Assembly: GCF_000172995.2 (NCBI RefSeq) | Contig: NC_014729.1 | Coordinates: forward strand, 1,350,001-1,382,000 | DNA: 32,000 nucleotides | Direction: 5' to 3' | From: Halogeometricum borinquense DSM 11551 | Lineage (GTDB): Archaea; Halobacteriota; Halobacteria; Halobacteriales; Haloferacaceae | Shown: piece after piece, positions 27,912-32,000 of the stretch | Layout of the letters: each line of letters begins with the position of its first letter | How positions within the stretch are numbered: the first letter of the stretch is position 1 | The notes under the pieces: model-generated | Told to the model about the DNA's origin: nothing | What the model saw: the letters and a program-made list of their open reading frames with translations, nothing else | The model's database searches: none | Translations under genes and position numbers: made by a program

Positions 27912-27983
27912 TGGACCCACTGGGATTTGAACCCAGGGCTTCCTCCTTGCAAAGGAGGTGCTCTGCCGCTGAGCTATGGGCCC
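27912..27983 (-). tRNA. tRNA-Ala (anticodon TGC) in the 16S-23S spacer
   Basis: The reverse complement is GGGCCCATAGCTCAGCGGCAGAGCACCTCCTTTGCAAGGAGGAAGCCCTGGGTTCAAATCCCAGTGGGTCCA. It forms a cloverleaf with the G3:U70 identity pair, anticodon loop TTTGCAA and T-loop TTCAAAT. Confidence 0.95.
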
Positions 27984-27985
27984 GT

Positions 27986-28018
27986 GTTAGCCTTGGTAGT
28001 TCTAGGGTGCCCGTTCGG
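27986..28018. repeat. 16S processing-stem arm (3' flank), inverted repeat partner of 29651..29683
   Basis: gttagccttggtagttc (27986-28002) is the perfect reverse complement of gaactaccaaggctaac (29667-29683). cccgttcgg (28010-28018) pairs with ccgaacggg (29651-29659). The unpaired segment between the two helices fits a bulge-helix-bulge site. Confidence 0.75.
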
Positions 28019-28082
28019 CGGGTTGAGCGGTGTGAACGGACCGGTAAGGTGGGCCAGGCGCGTCGGCCTGGTCCCGATCGTT

Positions 28083-29554
<1,472 letters not shown>

Positions 29555-29650
29555 GGGTTCCTGGCTGTTGCCAGGAGGGTGGCGGGATTTCCTCTCGTGG
29601 GAGAGGGAATCACCAATCATTGCGTGGTCCGTTCGTGGTGCTCGGTGTCA

Positions 29651-29683
29651 CCGAACGGGTGGCACCGAACTACCAAGGCTAAC
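29651..29683. repeat. 16S processing-stem arm (5' flank)
   Basis: Inverted repeat partner of 27986..28018. Confidence 0.75.
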
Positions 29684-29760
29684 ATCAGATCCCATCTGTA
29701 CGGCGGACCGCAGGGGTGGAATCCTCATGACTTCGGACTTGGTTGTAGCACGTTCGACGC

Positions 29761-29766
29761 CTTAAG
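29761..29766 (-). promoter_or_regulatory. Putative rRNA promoter box, proximal (CCCTTAAGG)
   Basis: The - strand reads CGACGCCCTTAAGGCGTCGAACG. It shares the CGACGsscTTAAGkkGTCGA pattern with the box at 29888-29893. Confidence 0.4.
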
Positions 29767-29887
29767 GGCGTCGGTTTGTGCGTTTCGTTGGCCTCCAAAG
29801 AGACCATGTGTCCGAGGTGCGGCACGGGGTTGAACCGTGCCGCGATCGCGGTGTGTCGTTCGCATTCTTCCGAAGTGTTCTCGACCA

Positions 29888-29893
29888 CTTAAG
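29888..29893 (-). promoter_or_regulatory. Putative rRNA promoter box, middle (GCTTAAGTG)
   Basis: The - strand reads CGACGGGCTTAAGTGGTCGAGAACACTTCGGAAGAATGCGAACG. The TTAAGT box sits ~27 nt upstream of TGCGAACG, which resembles the tandem Halobacterium rRNA promoters as I remember them. Confidence 0.5.
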
Positions 29894-30035
29894 CCCGTCG
29901 TATCGTTCGTGGCGTGAGAGTGCGATGCACTCCCAGTGCCACGAGGGCGACGGTGGGATCGAGGGCGTTCGGAGAGAGTGGCGCTCCGGGAGTGTCCCGG
30001 GGCGCCCCGCGTATTTCTACGAATGGTAGGGTTAT

Positions 30036-30042
30036 ACTTAAC
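30036..30042 (-). promoter_or_regulatory. Putative rRNA promoter box, distal (GTTAAGTATAA)
   Basis: The - strand reads CGAGGTTAAGTATAACCC. It is ~149 bp upstream of the middle box, which in turn is ~127 bp upstream of the proximal one. Confidence 0.35.
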
Positions 30043-30239
30043 CTCGTTGATTCGGATCAATCTCCAAAAAATAGTTGAAGATGCGTGGGATTGTTTGACG
30101 TTACTCTCTATTTTCGAGTCACGATGGATATTCGGGCAGTTTATATACTGTTATAGTGCGCAACGTACGCGGACGGGGGCGGGAAACAAAATAAGATATG
30201 GTTACATTGGTCGAGTAGTCTCGATTTACAACGGGTCGC

Positions 30240-30246
30240 TTTATAA
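30240..30246 (+). promoter_or_regulatory. TATA box for tbp
   Basis: TTTATAA is centred ~32 nt upstream of ATG 30275, implying a very short or absent leader. Confidence 0.55.
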
Positions 30247-30274
30247 GCTAGGGGAGTGACGTTTCCAGCGAACA

Positions 30275-30835
30275 ATGAGTGCGCCGGCAGACTCCATCGA
30301 GATTCAGAACGTAGTCGCATCGACGGGAATCGGACAGGAACTCGACCTTGAGGCACTGGCGGACGACCTTCCAGGTGCCGATTTCAATCCCGACAACTTC
30401 CCCGGCCTCGTCTACCGGACGCAGGACCCGAAGGCTGCGGCTCTCATCTTCCGGTCCGGAAAAATTGTCTGTACAGGTGCCAAGAGCATCGACGACGTTC
30501 ACGAGGCTCTCGGAATCATCTTCGACAAGCTTCGCGGTCTGAGCATTCCTGTGGACGAAGACCCGGAAATCACAGTCCAAAACATCGTTTCGAGCGCCGA
30601 CCTCGGACACAACCTAAACCTGAACGCGCTTGCAATCGGTCTCGGTCTCGAAGACGTTGAGTACGAGCCCGAGCAGTTCCCGGGTCTCGTCTACCGTATG
30701 GACGAACCGGAAGTCGTCATCCTCCTGTTCGGTTCCGGTAAAATCGTTATCACGGGTGGAAAGCAGACGAACGACGCTGAGACAGCCGTCGAAGAGATCG
30801 TCAAGCGAATCGATAACCTCGGACTGCTCGACTGA
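30275..30835 (+). CDS. tbp: TATA-box binding protein
   Basis: 186 aa with two imperfect direct repeats: IQNVVASTGIGQELDL...FPGLVYR...SGKIVCTGAKS and VQNIVSSADLGHNLNL...FPGLVYRM...SGKIVITGGKQ. Confidence 0.97.
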   Translation: MSAPADSIEIQNVVASTGIGQELDLEALADDLPGADFNPDNFPGLVYRTQDPKAAALIFRSGKIVCTGAKSIDDVHEALGIIFDKLRGLSIPVDEDPEITVQNIVSSADLGHNLNLNALAIGLGLEDVEYEPEQFPGLVYRMDEPEVVILLFGSGKIVITGGKQTNDAETAVEEIVKRIDNLGLLD

Positions 30836-30900
30836 ACGGTCGTCTCATTTCCGTGCGACAGTCCAAAAGGTGATACCACCTGCTAAATAACGAAACGTGC

Positions 30901-31734
30901 ATGAGTGCACGTGAGGAAATTTCCTTTCTTGTCGGGTCTGAGAGCCGGATTGCTATCCTCAGAGCCCTTCAGAGTTCCCCATCCCGACCGAGCGAACTCG
31001 CCGCAGCGTGCTCGTGCGCGCGCGAGACAGCACAACGAACGGTGAGCGCGTTCGCCGAGAAGGGATGGGTCGAAAAACAACCGGACAGTGGAACGTACGC
31101 GCTCACTGCCGCAGGTGACGTCGTTGCAGACAGTTATGACGAGTTCGAGACGACAGTGGCCGTCGCGGACAGCCTCTCGGTCCTCCTCTCGAATCTCGGT
31201 ACGATCGTTTCCGACCTCGATCCCACGATCCTCCACCGACTCCACGGCGCAACGGCGACGGACGATGACCCACACGCACCGATTAATCGGTTTCTGACGG
31301 TCGTCGGCGACGACTACGTAGATGACTTCCGTGGTATCACGCCGATTGTGAGTCGTGTCTTCAACCAGGCTGCCGAACGCGTCATCGGGCCGGACTCAAA
31401 CATCGAACTCGTCATCGATGAACGCGTCTACGAGACATCGGTCTCCGAGTACCCCGATGATCTCGAGCGAGCCTTCGAACTCGACCAGTTCCAGTTGTTC
31501 GTCTCCGCGACGAGACTTGATTTTGGGCTGATGCTCGTCGATAATCACGCGTTCCTCGGCGCGTACGACCAACACGGAAACCTCATCGCCAGCGTTGACG
31601 GCACCGACGAGGCGTTCGTCGAGTGGGCAGAGCAGACGTACCAACAGTACCGAGCGGACGCCGACACCCCCACTGCGGTCGAAGAGACAACGCCCGAATC
31701 TGGGGTAACACACGGTTCCGCCAACGATCAGTGA
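30901..31734 (+). CDS. Winged-helix transcription regulator with FilR1/DUF1724-like C-terminal domain
   Basis: The N-terminal ArsR-like wHTH is ISFLVGSESRIAILRALQSSPSRPSELAAACSCARETAQRTVSAFAEKGWVEK. The ~190-aa C-terminal domain has the layout of haloarchaeal DUF1724 regulators. The family call is from memory. Confidence 0.8.
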   Translation: MSAREEISFLVGSESRIAILRALQSSPSRPSELAAACSCARETAQRTVSAFAEKGWVEKQPDSGTYALTAAGDVVADSYDEFETTVAVADSLSVLLSNLGTIVSDLDPTILHRLHGATATDDDPHAPINRFLTVVGDDYVDDFRGITPIVSRVFNQAAERVIGPDSNIELVIDERVYETSVSEYPDDLERAFELDQFQLFVSATRLDFGLMLVDNHAFLGAYDQHGNLIASVDGTDEAFVEWAEQTYQQYRADADTPTAVEETTPESGVTHGSANDQ

Positions 31735-31921
31735 TCGGGGCGATCACGAGTGATTAATCCAATCACTTCTGGGTGTGGGAAGATATAAGTCCCGGCTCGT
31801 AAAGTAACAGGTGCGGTCACGGCATCACGACAGCGTTCATCCCTCCACGCTTCGGCCCGAAATCCACAGTAGACAGTGAGTGTGTTTCGAGAGTACCTGT
31901 GCCTCGTACTCTTAGGATGCC

Positions 31922-32000
31922 TCACGTGTCCACGTTTTCCGTCAGAACGTCACGAACGACCTGCGGGTCCTCTAACAACTGGTGTTTCGTGTAACTCCCT
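31922..32000 (-). CDS. Possible 3' end of a gene running off the window (C-terminal 25 codons only)
   Basis: The reverse complement translates to ...GSYTKHQLLEDPQVVRDVLTENVDT*. It is convergent with 30901..31734, and an imperfect hairpin (GAGAGTAC/GTACTCTT, ~31889-31913) lies just downstream of its stop. It is too short to evaluate. Confidence 0.25.
   Translation of the reverse strand, partial: GSYTKHQLLEDPQVVRDVLTENVDT

Noticed and set aside
31728-31925. 65-aa - strand ORF and a 25-aa + strand ORF in the terminal intergenic region
   Set aside because: The composition is basic and Cys/Arg-rich, with no promoter spacing. The region looks like a convergent-gene spacer with small palindromes (ATCAC-GA-GTGAT at ~31748-31759).

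Overview
This window looks like chromosomal DNA from a haloarchaeon (class Halobacteria; I cannot call the genus). The evidence is strongly acidic predicted proteins, GC-rich coding sequence with AT-rich intergenic TATA boxes, many apparently leaderless genes, and a typical haloarchaeal rRNA operon. Most of the content is core housekeeping. On the + strand are a 5'-truncated MptE-like pterin kinase, a photolyase / DJ-1 / Mn-SOD stress cluster, thyA-folA with overlapping stop and start codons, a 59-aa YegP-like ORF that the ORF track missed, psmA tightly followed by a MOSC-domain gene, an amidohydrolase, tRNA-Glu(CUC), TBP and a FilR1/DUF1724-type wHTH regulator. On the - strand are a translationally coupled hutU-hutG-hutI-hutH histidine-utilisation operon, a YchF-type GTPase, and a complete 16S / tRNA-Ala / 23S / 5S rRNA operon with processing stems, a tRNA-like element before the 5S gene and a hairpin plus T-run terminator. 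I found no CRISPR array, transposase, integrase or recognisable defence or toxin module. The best candidates for undescribed biology are these: (i) a secreted, sequon-dense triple-repeat protein with a lysine-rich tail, unusual for a haloarchaeon, next to the rRNA operon; (ii) a Bat-type HTH_10 regulator divergent from the hut operon that appears to share a single TATA element with it; (iii) a GTGA-coupled pair of unknown acidic proteins divergent from ychF; (iv) a block of uncharacterised membrane, lipoprotein and small acidic genes at 4.6-7.8 kb. None of these is demonstrably a novel system from sequence alone. Family calls rest on motif recognition from memory, and rRNA ends are estimates of roughly +/-10 nt. 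Many long ORFs in the track are antisense or alternate-frame shadows typical of GC-rich DNA and were rejected.
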